62,388 nucleotides of DNA from Anaerovoracaceae bacterium. GTDB taxonomy: Bacteria; Bacteroidota; Bacteroidia; Bacteroidales; Bacteroidaceae. Under the pieces are notes generated by a model. It was not told the DNA's origin. It searched no databases and worked only from the letters and a program-made list of their open reading frames with translations. Below are positions 19,710 to 29,243 of the stretch, in pieces; positions within the stretch are counted from its first letter, which is position 1; each line of letters opens with the position of its first letter. Where the stretch lies: positions 1 to 62,388 of the forward strand of contig CAVFUK010000091.1 of the NCBI GenBank assembly GCA_963625535.1, read 5' to 3'. The position numbers and the translations under genes are program-made.

Positions 19710-21011
19710 ATGGAGAAAAAAGAGACACCGGTGCTGCTGCTTACCGGTTACCTTGGAAGCGGCAAGACGACGTTGGTGAACAACATCCTTTCCAACCAAC
19801 GGGGCATTAAATTCGCCGTCATCGTGAACGATATAGGTGAGGTGAATATCGATGCGGACCTCATCCAGAAGGGTGGCGTCGTAGGCAAGAAGGACGACAG
19901 TCTGGTGGCGTTGCAGAATGGCTGCATCTGTTGCACACTGAAGATGGACCTCATCGAGCAGCTCAACGACATACAGAAGATGCATCGGTTCGACTACATC
20001 GTGATAGAGGCCAGCGGCATCTGCGAGCCGGAGCCTATCGCACGCACCATCTGCTCCATGCGCCGCATGGGCGGTCAGTACACGCAGTATGGCGTGCCCC
20101 GCTTGGATTGCGTCTGCACGGTGGTGGACAGCCTGCGTCTGCAGAGCGAGTTCGCCTGCGGTGACAGCCTGACGAAAGAGCAGATTGACGACGAGGACAT
20201 CGAGAACCTCATCATCCAGCAGATAGAGTTCTGTAACCTCATCCTGCTCAACAAAGCATCGGAGGTGAAGCCCGAGGAGCTGGAGCGCATCAAGCACATC
20301 ATACGTGTGCTGCAACCGGGGGCCAAGATCATCACGTGCGACTATGCCGACGTGGACATTGCGAACCTTATCAACACCAACCTGTTCAACTATGACAAAG
20401 TGGCAACCTCTGCCGGCTGGATTCGTGAGTTGGAGCGTGAGGTGACCGAGGAGGAAGAGAAAGAGGCACACAATCCGGGCCATCATCATCACGACGACGA
20501 GGATGAGGAGCATGAGCACCACCATCATCACGACGAGGATGAGCACGAGCATCACCACCACGATGACGACGACGACGATGATGAGGACGAGCATGAGCAC
20601 GGACACCATCACCACCATCATCACCACGACGAGGGTGAGGCCGAAGAGTATGGCATCGGCACGTTCGTCTACTACCGCCGTCAGGCCTTCAACCTCCGCA
20701 AGTTCGAGGCGTTCGTCAACGACCGTTGGCCGAAGAACGTCATCCGTGCCAAGGGTGTCTGCTACTTCAGCAGCAACACCGACATGTCGTACCTCTTCGA
20801 GCAGGCCGGTGTGCAGAAGAAGTTGATAGAGGCCGGCCAGTGGTACGCCACCGCTCCCGAGGAGGACCTCATCCAGCTGATGAAGCAAGAGCCCGGCCTC
20901 ATGCGCGACTGGGACGAGAAGTACGGCGACCGCATGGAGAAGATTGTCTTCATCGGCCAACATCTCGACAAGGAGCAGATTACCCGCGAGCTGGATGCCT
21001 GCCTAGAGTAA
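19710..21011 (+). CDS. CobW/COG0523 family GTPase (metallochaperone) with long His/Asp/Glu tract
   Basis: GYLGSGKTT, IVNDIGEVNID, GCICC, IEASG, NK motif, CobW_C motifs RAKG and IVFIG; -7 box TACCTTTG at 19660-19667. Confidence 0.93.
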   Translation: MEKKETPVLLLTGYLGSGKTTLVNNILSNQRGIKFAVIVNDIGEVNIDADLIQKGGVVGKKDDSLVALQNGCICCTLKMDLIEQLNDIQKMHRFDYIVIEASGICEPEPIARTICSMRRMGGQYTQYGVPRLDCVCTVVDSLRLQSEFACGDSLTKEQIDDEDIENLIIQQIEFCNLILLNKASEVKPEELERIKHIIRVLQPGAKIITCDYADVDIANLINTNLFNYDKVATSAGWIRELEREVTEEEEKEAHNPGHHHHDDEDEEHEHHHHHDEDEHEHHHHDDDDDDDEDEHEHGHHHHHHHHDEGEAEEYGIGTFVYYRRQAFNLRKFEAFVNDRWPKNVIRAKGVCYFSSNTDMSYLFEQAGVQKKLIEAGQWYATAPEEDLIQLMKQEPGLMRDWDEKYGDRMEKIVFIGQHLDKEQITRELDACLE

Positions 21012-21063
21012 GCGACTGGCTTTCCCCGGGCGAACACCGTTCGCTTATATATAATGAGGTATA

Positions 21064-21195
21064 AGGACTCTTCCATAGAAGTTCCGCGCAAGCGGGCTTC
21101 TATGGAAGAGTCCTCTTTTGTGAGAATGTAACAATAAGCAATCGTCCATAGAAGCCCGCAAATGCACGGATTCTTCTATGGACGATTGTCTTATT
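21064..21195. terminator. Two related long hairpins in inverted orientation between convergent genes
   Basis: Stem 1: 21064-21081/21097-21114; stem 2: 21133-21154/21173-21195; both have core ccatagaag...cttctatgg. Confidence 0.8.
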
Positions 21196-21214
21196 TCACG
21201 GGAACCGAAGGTCA

Positions 21215-23680
21215 CTACTTCTTGTCCTCGTCGGTGGCTTGCTTGATTTGCTGCAGCAGGTCGTCGTAGTGGTAGACTTCGAGACTACCGGCCTGACAGG
21301 CGGCGCGCTGCTCCTCGATGTAACGCTTCACCTGGTCGAGGTGCATGCGCACGTACACGGGCACGTCGGACTTTGCCTCGGGGTAGGGATTCGGCTTGGC
21401 GGCCTCCGTGGGCTTCAGTATCTTGCAGAGACTGGTGACGTAGGTACGCTCGTTCTGGCGGATGAAGTAGTTGCCCATCTCATCCTTGGCATCGAAGGGT
21501 TTCCACACGATGGCAAACACATCGTTCAGGTATTCGTCGAGTTTATAGGGCTCGGCGGCATACTGGGCGGCCTGGTTCATGTCCTTCAGCAGGGCATTGG
21601 CCAGGAGACCGCTGACGGTCACCGTCTGACGACCGCCCATGTCGCGCAGAATGTTGTGACCCGTCTTGGAGGTTACCTCTTCGGGATAGAGCCAATATTG
21701 CGGGGTGAGCACGTTGCGGCCATACCAGTCGATAGCCTCTTTCTGAATGCTTGCCGGCACAGGCTCCTCAGGCTTCAGGTCCGAGGCCGTGTTGTGATAG
21801 ACACCGCCCACATTGCGGTTCACATGCGTCACGTAGCGACCGTATTGCATGTACACGGCGTTGTAGATGTTGCTTAGGTAGGTGTAGTCGCCATCGGGCT
21901 GGGCGGTCCATTCGAGGATGTGCTCCATCACATATTTCAGGTTCTTGATGCCGTAGTCGCCAGCCTTCATGCTGTTGTCTCCCAAGTCCTCCATCTGGTC
22001 GCGCGGGTCTTTGCTCATGCCCTCGTCGCCGACATACATCAGCCGATGGTCAGCGAGCAACTTCTTAGTGACCTCGGTACGCAGCGCCTTTTTCTCGGCA
22101 AAGGCGTCCTTGTACTCGGGGCGGTACTTGTAGCCCCAGTAGATGGCCCACAGGTCGTAGTCGCCGATGCGGGGGAAGAGTCCCTTGGGCGAGATGTTGT
22201 CCTCGGGCTGTGCCACGTAGTTGAAGCGGGCATAGTCCATGATGGAGATGGTGTGGCCGTGAGCCTCCACCCACGCTTTGTCGCGCAGCTTCTCCACCGG
22301 GGTGGCCGAGCTGGCCATCATGTTGTGGCGAAGGCCCAGCGTATGGCCCACCTCATGCGAGGAGACGAAGCGGATGAGCGTACCCATCAGCTCGTCGCTG
22401 AAGGTCATCGTGCGGGCCCGCTTGTCCACGGCGCCGCACTGCACCATGTACCATTTCTTCAAGAGGTTCATCACGTTGTGGTACCAGCAGACGTGGCTCT
22501 CCATGATCTCGCCGCTGCGGGGGTCTACCACGCAGGGCCCGTAGGCGTTCTCCTTTTCGGAGGGCAGGTAGCGTATCACGCTAAAGCGCGCGTCGTCGAT
22601 GTCCATCGTCTCATCATCGGGCCACTCCTTGGCCGTGATGGCGTTCTTGAAGCCGGCGGCCTCGAAAGCCTTGTTCCAGTCCTCCACACCGGCTATCAGG
22701 TAGGGCACCCACTTCTTCGGTGTGGCGGGGTCGATGTAGTATACAATCTGTTTCTTGGGTTCGGTCAGCTTGCCGCTGCGGTAGCGTGCCTCGTCCTTCG
22801 GCTCCAGACGATAGCGATGGGTGATGGCCATCTTATCCGTCACCTGTTGCTCGTCGGAGAAGAGGGTGATGGGTGTCTCGAAGTATCCCACCCGCTCGTC
22901 GGCGTAGCGCGGACGCATCGGTTCCTCGGGCAGCAGCACGATGCTGGTGTTCAGCTTCAGCGTGACGGCGCCGGTCTTGGACGCGGGTGTCTTGCCGATG
23001 TTGACGCCGTAGGTGCGCACCGTCACCACGGAGATGTTCTGGGGGAAGGTCTTGATGGTGTCCACCATAGAGCGGTCGGGGGCCAAACCGTTGAGAGAAA
23101 GCTCCGTGCGGTTGCGTGAGGTGAAGCCGAAGAGTTTGTTGTCTGCCAGGGCCTGCTTGGAGATGTTCACCAACTGGGCCTTGGTGTTGGGGTTGCGCCC
23201 TATCACTTCGAACTTACCGAGTATAGGGTCCACGGTCGACTCCTCCACCGCTTTGTAGATGTTGTCCTCGGCAGGGGCGTACTGGGTCTGTGCATATTCC
23301 CTAAGGAGCAAGGTCTTGTCGTCGTACTGCTCCCAGTAGACCACGCTGGTGTTCACCTCCTCGCCCGCCAGTTTGGACAAGCCTTGCGGCACGGACTTGT
23401 AACGGGTGACGGCCAGCAGCAGCCGTCCCATCAACGAGTCGGGCACCTCCACGTACCAGTCGTTCTTGATGTGACGCACCAGGAAGAGGCCGTCGCGTTC
23501 CGACCCTCCCTCCTTAATCAGTTTCTCGTAAGCATCCGGCTTCTTCGCCTTCACGGAATCCTTGGGAGCCTCAGCCTTCACGGAGTCCTTGGGCGCCACT
23601 GCCTTATCGTTGTCCCTACCCGCCAGGACGAGCGGACAACAGCATGCGAACATCATCGCATAGACAAACAGTCGTTTCAT
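21215..23680 (-). CDS. Zinc-dependent metalloprotease (DUF5118/DUF5117/DUF4953, EcxA-like)
   Basis: Signal peptide, DERVGYF, IVYYIDPATP, DPRSGEI, HEVGHTLGLRH zincin motif, SIMDY Met-turn; -7 box at 23731-23738. Confidence 0.92.
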   Translation of the reverse strand: MKRLFVYAMMFACCCPLVLAGRDNDKAVAPKDSVKAEAPKDSVKAKKPDAYEKLIKEGGSERDGLFLVRHIKNDWYVEVPDSLMGRLLLAVTRYKSVPQGLSKLAGEEVNTSVVYWEQYDDKTLLLREYAQTQYAPAEDNIYKAVEESTVDPILGKFEVIGRNPNTKAQLVNISKQALADNKLFGFTSRNRTELSLNGLAPDRSMVDTIKTFPQNISVVTVRTYGVNIGKTPASKTGAVTLKLNTSIVLLPEEPMRPRYADERVGYFETPITLFSDEQQVTDKMAITHRYRLEPKDEARYRSGKLTEPKKQIVYYIDPATPKKWVPYLIAGVEDWNKAFEAAGFKNAITAKEWPDDETMDIDDARFSVIRYLPSEKENAYGPCVVDPRSGEIMESHVCWYHNVMNLLKKWYMVQCGAVDKRARTMTFSDELMGTLIRFVSSHEVGHTLGLRHNMMASSATPVEKLRDKAWVEAHGHTISIMDYARFNYVAQPEDNISPKGLFPRIGDYDLWAIYWGYKYRPEYKDAFAEKKALRTEVTKKLLADHRLMYVGDEGMSKDPRDQMEDLGDNSMKAGDYGIKNLKYVMEHILEWTAQPDGDYTYLSNIYNAVYMQYGRYVTHVNRNVGGVYHNTASDLKPEEPVPASIQKEAIDWYGRNVLTPQYWLYPEEVTSKTGHNILRDMGGRQTVTVSGLLANALLKDMNQAAQYAAEPYKLDEYLNDVFAIVWKPFDAKDEMGNYFIRQNERTYVTSLCKILKPTEAAKPNPYPEAKSDVPVYVRMHLDQVKRYIEEQRAACQAGSLEVYHYDDLLQQIKQATDEDKK

Positions 23681-23873
23681 ATAATATAATAGTATATTGA
23701 GTTACGTATTCCTTTCACAATTACGGACGACAAAGGTAGTGATAGTCGGCCAACATGCAAAATTAAAGAAGGATTCTTCGCGAAAGGGTTGCATTCACGT
23801 CCAATTTTGGCTACCTTTGTTCATTCATTGTGGACCGGCGGACTATCGTCGGCCGCCAAAAAAACGTAACATC

Positions 23874-24461
23874 ATGATAGACTACATCAAAGGAGAAATA
23901 GCGGAGATCACACCGACACAGGCCGTCGTGGAGGCCAATGGAATAGGCTACGCACTCAACATATCGCTCAACACCTACACCGCCATACAGGGTAAGGGCA
24001 GCGCGAAACTCTACGTCTACGAGGCCATCCGCGAGGATGCCTACGTGCTCTACGGCTTCGTGGACAAGAAGGAGCGGGAACTCTTCCTGCTGCTCATCTC
24101 CGTGTCGGGCATTGGAGGCAACACGGCCCGCATGATTCTGTCGGCCCTCTCGCCCAGCGAACTGTGCGACGTCATTAGCTCGGGCAACGACAAGCTGCTG
24201 AAGACGGTGAAAGGTATAGGGCTGAAGACGGCCCAGCGCATCATTGTGGACCTGAAGGACAAGATAGCGCTGACGGGCATCGCCCCCTCCGGCAGCCTCT
24301 TCTCCCCCGAGGCATCGGAGCTGCAGGAAGAGGCCGTGGCCGCCCTCACGATGCTGGGATTCCCCGCCGCCGCCTCGCAGAAGGTGGTGCAGGCCATTCT
24401 GAAGGAGGAGCCCACCGCCACGGTGGAGAAGGTCATCAAGCTGGCGCTGAAGCGACTGTAA
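23874..24461 (+). CDS. ruvA: Holliday junction branch migration protein RuvA
   Basis: [18 protein letters not shown], HhH motifs VSGIG and [30 protein letters not shown]; -7 box at 23812-23819. Confidence 0.97.
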   Translation: MIDYIKGEIAEITPTQAVVEANGIGYALNISLNTYTAIQGKGSAKLYVYEAIREDAYVLYGFVDKKERELFLLLISVSGIGGNTARMILSALSPSELCDVISSGNDKLLKTVKGIGLKTAQRIIVDLKDKIALTGIAPSGSLFSPEASELQEEAVAALTMLGFPAAASQKVVQAILKEEPTATVEKVIKLALKRL

Positions 24462-24585
24462 GCAGAACCGGGCGGTGTCGGCTCGCTACTTCGAGGCAAA
24501 GACTTACCCATGAATGGATTAATTTGACACTACGGACGAAGCCGACAGAGCGAACATTCCCGCTTATTCACACTATCAAAACAGC

Positions 24586-24724
24586 ATCTCTGTTCAATGA
24601 CTTTGAACGTGTGTTCAATGACTCTGAACATGTGTTCAAAGACTCTGAACGTCTGTTCAAAGACTTTGAACAGAGATATCGTACGTACTCATGAGGCATT
24701 TAGTATGTCCTCAAGAGGCATCGA
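24586..24724. repeat. 4 x 21-bp palindromic tandem array followed by 2 x 22-bp units of another family
   Basis: tgttcaaWgactYtgaac units at 24591, 24612, 24633, 24654 bounded by atctctgttcaa/ttgaacagagat; then gtacgtactcatgaggcattta / gtatgtcctcaagaggcatcga (24681, 24703). Confidence 0.9.
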
Positions 24725-24733
24725 GATAATACG

Positions 24734-24784
24734 AAAGAAGTCATCTACCGCTGGTCTTATTGCCAAACGATAGATGACTTCTTT
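24734..24784. terminator. Bidirectional terminator between ruvA and GH43
   Basis: aaagaagtcatcta/tagatgacttcttt perfect 14-bp stem. Confidence 0.75.
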
Positions 24785-24820
24785 GCCTTCTATACTATAT
24801 ACAGTGCGGTTGCACGCGAG

Positions 24821-25846
24821 CTATTCGGTCACGCCTAACCTCCTTTGTTCCTCTGCCTTCAGTTTCTTGAAGAGCGACTCCTTTACCTTGAAGATGGTTC
24901 CATGCTTGTGTCCTTTGGGGAAAGACACTCGCTCGTCACACGGCGTGAAGGTCTTGAAGTCCTTGGTAGACACGGCTCCGTAGCGACCTTCGCGATAGAC
25001 ATCGAAGTAGATAATCCACTCATCGCCCAACTTCACACAACAAGGGCCCTCGGAATAGGTAGGGGCGAACTTCTCCGTAGGATTGCTGAAGGGGCCTTCG
25101 GGCGACTCGCCGAACACGCAGAACAGGTCGCTGAAGCCCGGCTTGCGGTTGTCCTTCACGATGTAGACATAGTCCTTGGGGGCACGCTTCACCAGGAATC
25201 CGTCGATGGAGTTGAAGCCCGGGTCGTAGTAAGTCTTTGCCGGGGCGAAGGTCTTGAAGTCCTTCGTGGTGGTGTAGTAGCCGCGGTGGCAGGTGTTGGT
25301 GCCTAGCGTGTCGGCTGCCGTGTAGCGGTGCTTGGGGATGCCCGACGACCAGATGATGATGAACTGCTTCTGCTCATCGTCATAGAAAAGCTCCGGTGCC
25401 CACACGTTGTTGGTGAGGGAGTCCTTCATGACAGGTATCTCACGTTGTTTGCTCCAGTGGATGAGGTCCTTGGACGAGGCATAGCCGAAGCCTTTGGAGC
25501 CGGACCATCCGGTGGTCCACACGTAGTGGTAGGTGCCGTCGGGCCCTTGCACGATGGAGGGGTCGCGCATCATCGACTGTTTGTAATACTTCGGGGTGTC
25601 CACCTCGTGCGTGTAGATGTTGACGTAGAGTGACTGGTTGCCCACCTCGGGCTTCAGCCATACACCGGCCAGGCTATCCCAGTGGAGGCCGTCGTAGCTA
25701 TAGAGCAGGTGGAGGCCATCCAGCGCCGGTTCGCGGTGGGAGGTGAACATGTAGATTTCTTTCTCTGGTTTGGAGCAGGCAGCCATAGTGACGAGCGCCA
25801 CGGCCGCCACGATTGCCTTGCCCAACACGGATTTCATTTGCTTCAT
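24821..25846 (-). CDS. Five-bladed beta-propeller glycoside hydrolase lipoprotein (GH43-like)
   Basis: Lipobox MAAC, MRDPSI, SKDLIHW, WAPE, SIDG, SEGP, KHGT. Confidence 0.85.
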   Translation of the reverse strand: MKQMKSVLGKAIVAAVALVTMAACSKPEKEIYMFTSHREPALDGLHLLYSYDGLHWDSLAGVWLKPEVGNQSLYVNIYTHEVDTPKYYKQSMMRDPSIVQGPDGTYHYVWTTGWSGSKGFGYASSKDLIHWSKQREIPVMKDSLTNNVWAPELFYDDEQKQFIIIWSSGIPKHRYTAADTLGTNTCHRGYYTTTKDFKTFAPAKTYYDPGFNSIDGFLVKRAPKDYVYIVKDNRKPGFSDLFCVFGESPEGPFSNPTEKFAPTYSEGPCCVKLGDEWIIYFDVYREGRYGAVSTKDFKTFTPCDERVSFPKGHKHGTIFKVKESLFKKLKAEEQRRLGVTE

Positions 25847-26005
25847 CGTTGTTCGTTTTTACTGTTTATAATGTACTGATTCTTTTTGTCTATCGATTCC
25901 CTCGAGGATACCGCGGGTTCGTACGCCGTTCGCCCGACCAAACGTGTCGTCCGTCCGACGGAATCGCCCTTCATGGGTGATAGTAGGATTCGCGAGGAAC
26001 CGACA

Positions 26006-26851
26006 TCACTTCGCCGGCTGTTCGGCCGATGCCTGCTCCTCCATACGGCGGTTGATGAACTGTATCTTGCGGTTGGCCTCGGTCAGCTGGGCCTCAATCT
26101 CCTCTATGGCGGAGAGCACCTGTGCCAGCTGGAACACCTTGGCGATGGCCTGCTTGTCGGCAGCGGACATCGTCAGCTTGTGAGTGCGGTCGCCTATGAA
26201 CTCCAGTTGTATGGTGTTGGACGCGTTCTGAGCGATGAAGGCGGCCAAGCCTCCGTCCTTACCCATCTGGTAGTCGGCCTTCTCAATCATCCAGCCAAGG
26301 TCTGTGGTCTCGTAGATGTCCGTGGAGACGGGTGTCTCTATCGTCACGTCGCCGCAGTAGGCTTTCACGGCTTTGTGGTGTATCCAGGCACGGCCGCTGT
26401 AGATGCTGGTCAGCGTCAGCTTGCCGTCCTCGCTCACCTGGGCCCGCAGGAAGGTGCGGTTGATGTTCTTCTCGGTAGTCTGCGAGGGGTCGAAGTAGTT
26501 GCCTATCTCCTGGTAGGCGGTGTCTTTCTCCAGCACGTACTGGTTGCGCATCTCCTCGAACTTCGCCTGTTTCTCCTGCATCATGCTGTCGAGGAAGACC
26601 AGCGACCGTTGCTGCTCGTCGAGCTCCACCTTCTGCATCAGCCGCACGCCGTTGCGTCGCGCCTCTATCGCCTTGGGGTAGACGATGCGAATACTGTCAA
26701 TCCACTGTTTGGCCACGTTGTAGTTGCCGCTTTTCCACGCTAGTTCCGCCTGTGTGAGGAAGGCCGCGGCCTTCTCCTCGTCCGCATTTCCACAGGCAAA
26801 CAGCACACAGGCCAAGCCTGCCATCATCAGCATCTTTTTCATTGGTATCAT
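26006..26851 (-). CDS. Hypothetical lipoprotein with helical/coiled-coil segments
   Basis: Lipobox LFAC, 281 aa, host-like codon usage. Confidence 0.75.
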   Translation of the reverse strand: MIPMKKMLMMAGLACVLFACGNADEEKAAAFLTQAELAWKSGNYNVAKQWIDSIRIVYPKAIEARRNGVRLMQKVELDEQQRSLVFLDSMMQEKQAKFEEMRNQYVLEKDTAYQEIGNYFDPSQTTEKNINRTFLRAQVSEDGKLTLTSIYSGRAWIHHKAVKAYCGDVTIETPVSTDIYETTDLGWMIEKADYQMGKDGGLAAFIAQNASNTIQLEFIGDRTHKLTMSAADKQAIAKVFQLAQVLSAIEEIEAQLTEANRKIQFINRRMEEQASAEQPAK

Positions 26852-26869
26852 CTGCTATTTCATTATATT

Positions 26870-28006
26870 TTAATAGAGTTGGTTTTCAAATAGACTAGGT
26901 TGGCCTTTTCCCTTCATGCGGAAGTAGTTTCGGTTTTTAACCTTTATCTTCTCCACTTGAGGCAGGCCTTCAAGATATTTAGTCATCTTTTCGGGTTTCC
27001 AAGGCGACCCTAAACGATTAATTATCTCTGCAGTCGTTATCTTCTCCGCTTTGCGTAGCATCTCTATGATTGCTGAACGCTGCCGTTCCTCATCCAGTTG
27101 CTGAGGACTATATTGTTCCTCTGCTGAAAGAGTTAACGCTTGACCATTGATGTCCACCGCTTGGGCTCCTTTCTGAATAAGCTGCAGGTTGGCGTTCTTC
27201 TCATCTTGTTCGGGGTAACGGACAAAGATAGGACGTTTCTTTCTTAATCCCTCCGTCACTCCAGCCCAGGTTCCTCCCTTGTCGTCGCTTTGCGCGACAA
27301 ATATCTCCGAGGCCATACCATATATAATAGAGTTGCGTGCCATTGCGAATTCTACAGACCACGGGGCCTTAGGGGCAAAGGTACTCATCACCAGAACCTT
27401 CCCTTGAACGATATCCTTGAAATATTGTTTAAACCCCGAGCCAAACGTCATGATTCCCTGGGGCAACACAATGATACTTTTGCCATGAGCCGCAATGACA
27501 GAGTCCAATGCTTTACGGTCCACCCCTTTAGCAAAGCCGCTGACGACTATCTTATTACTCGACGCGGACTTCTGTGCGATATTCTCCGTGAAATGCAGGG
27601 AGATGTCATCCGCGTTCCGACTGCCGACAATAGCGATGGAAGGGTCTTGCAAGAGCGATTTGTCACCTTTTGAATAGATGACCATAGGTGAGTTATATCC
27701 CAAATTCTTCTTTAACGTTTTGGGATAGTCGTCATAGGTAATAGGCAGGATATCATACCCTTGGGCTTTCAGTTCCTCCACAAGGAATGAATTATTAGCC
27801 AATTGTGTTCTAGCGACCCTAAACTGCTCTTTCTCTTCTTCATTCAATCCTACGGAGTCCCAATTAGCCTCATTCTCGAACAATTCTATTATGGAGATTT
27901 GCGGATTGTGCTGAAAGCAGTTCACGTATATCTCATTCTTACGCTTCGTCCACATCTTGGGAATTAGCGCAAACGTTATCCAATATGTCAATTCTTGATT
28001 TATCAT
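26870..28006 (-). CDS. DprA/Smf-domain protein (RqlI-like)
   Basis: YPKTLK, IAIVGSR, VVSGFAKGVD, IVLPQG, ARNSIIYG, KGGTWAG; C-terminal wHTH-like segment; downstream of a RecQ-like gene. Confidence 0.88.
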   Translation of the reverse strand: MINQELTYWITFALIPKMWTKRKNEIYVNCFQHNPQISIIELFENEANWDSVGLNEEEKEQFRVARTQLANNSFLVEELKAQGYDILPITYDDYPKTLKKNLGYNSPMVIYSKGDKSLLQDPSIAIVGSRNADDISLHFTENIAQKSASSNKIVVSGFAKGVDRKALDSVIAAHGKSIIVLPQGIMTFGSGFKQYFKDIVQGKVLVMSTFAPKAPWSVEFAMARNSIIYGMASEIFVAQSDDKGGTWAGVTEGLRKKRPIFVRYPEQDEKNANLQLIQKGAQAVDINGQALTLSAEEQYSPQQLDEERQRSAIIEMLRKAEKITTAEIINRLGSPWKPEKMTKYLEGLPQVEKIKVKNRNYFRMKGKGQPSLFENQLY

Positions 28007-28832
28007 AACGTACCTCCTATTGTTTTAGCAATAACTATCGGAAAATGGCGTTAATCCCAGCGAATCGAAGCCACTTAGCATAGATTTCAGTGTCCACCCT
28101 CGTTCCAGTGTAGATGAGTCCCGTACCTTCGAATTCGTTCAGATGCGAAGCCAGCCATATCATTTTCTCATCGTCAGATTGCACCTTAATGACCTGCAGA
28201 CATAAGTTAGGCCTTGCTAAACTGCCTCTGATAGTTGTAAGCTGTCCTCCGATCTGCTCCTCTATATCCTGTTGCACTCTTCTCGTGGCCGTCGCCGTTG
28301 TGGCGAGAACGGGCAGAGTCTTGGGCAGAAGCTGAACAAGATTGATTATTCGGCGAAAAGAAGGCCTGAAGTCATGTCCCCAAGTGGATATTGTGTGAGC
28401 CTCATCTATCACAACCATAGAGAGTCTTATATTGCGCGTAGCTCTAATCCATTCGTCATTTTCTTGCCTTTCGGGCGCTATATAGAGGATTTTGATTTCT
28501 CCCCTCAAGGCTCGTTGAATGGTGCGTTGATTGTCCTCAGGCGACTGTTCTGAATTGATATATGCCGCAGGTATACCTATTTCACAAAGAGCCCTCACCT
28601 GATCGCGCATCAAGGCAATGAGTGGTGAGAATACTACCGTGACACCGGAGAATTGGCTTGCAGGGAACTGATAACACAACGATTTACCGAAGCCCGTCCT
28701 TTCTATCAGAAGGATTCGCTCACCTCGAAGAATTCGCTCAATAGCCCGCCACTGCTCATCGTAGAAATGAGGCAGACCAAAGATCTTTTGTAGCTTATCT
28801 TCAGCTTCAATTTTCGTCACAACTTTTTGCAT
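28003..28832 (-). pseudogene. Truncated RecQ-like helicase (RqlH-like) with apparent internal deletion
   Basis: Motifs RTGFGKSLCYQ, SPLIALMRDQ, YIAPER, DEAH..STWGHDFRP, TATAT, then a stop at 28035-28037 early in the second RecA domain (no motif V/VI); out-of-frame tail FPIVIAKTIGGTL* at 28044-28003; -7 box at 28868-28875. Confidence 0.8.
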
Positions 28833-29100
28833 AGGCAAAGACCTCTTGTAAAGCATCCTAAATACGGCAAAGTTAGGCATAAATTCCGAATCGCAGCCTC
28901 ATCCCGAGGAAATAATTTCACAGACGACACATTTAGCCACGTTCCGTTCGTGAAGACACGCATCGACGCGAAGACGAACAAAGTGGTTGCACCAGCTTCA
29001 GTCAACAAAGGAGCGAACGCACATGTTACTCACAACATTTCCCCGACACATCCACTATCTCTACCAAAGGAGCCAACGCCCCACCCTCACCGGTATAACA

Positions 29101-29142
29101 TTGGGTCAATGAGGGGTGATTTTGGGTCAATGAGAGAGATTT
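29101..29142 (+). promoter_or_regulatory. Direct-repeat operator candidate upstream of GH2-susC-susD operon
   Basis: ttgggtcaatgag at 29101-29113 and 29122-29134 (21-bp period); near-consensus -7 box TTACTTTG at 29191-29198. Confidence 0.65.
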
Positions 29143-29243
29143 AGCCCTCCCTTGAAACAAAAGGCGGCCTAGGTTACGGACTATCTAATGTTACTTTGCG
29201 AGCAACGAAAAACACGAGTTCCTAACACATAATTCTATTCGTT

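Noticed and set aside
23545..23605. 27-bp duplication (APKDSVKA x2) in the metalloprotease N-terminus
   Set aside because: Ordinary low-complexity linker variation
23697..23873. Upstream extensions of ORF-track starts (ruvA 23697; likewise GH2 19504, recQ 28880, cca 60285)
   Set aside because: They overlap predicted promoter boxes or precede the signal peptide or conserved N-terminus, so downstream ATGs were chosen
25886..26005. GC-rich intergenic stretch as an ncRNA
   Set aside because: Only weak, imperfect pairing and no recognisable family
26852..28900. RecQ/DprA cassette as a mobile element
   Set aside because: No integrase, transposase or flanking att/direct repeats seen; only a compositional hint
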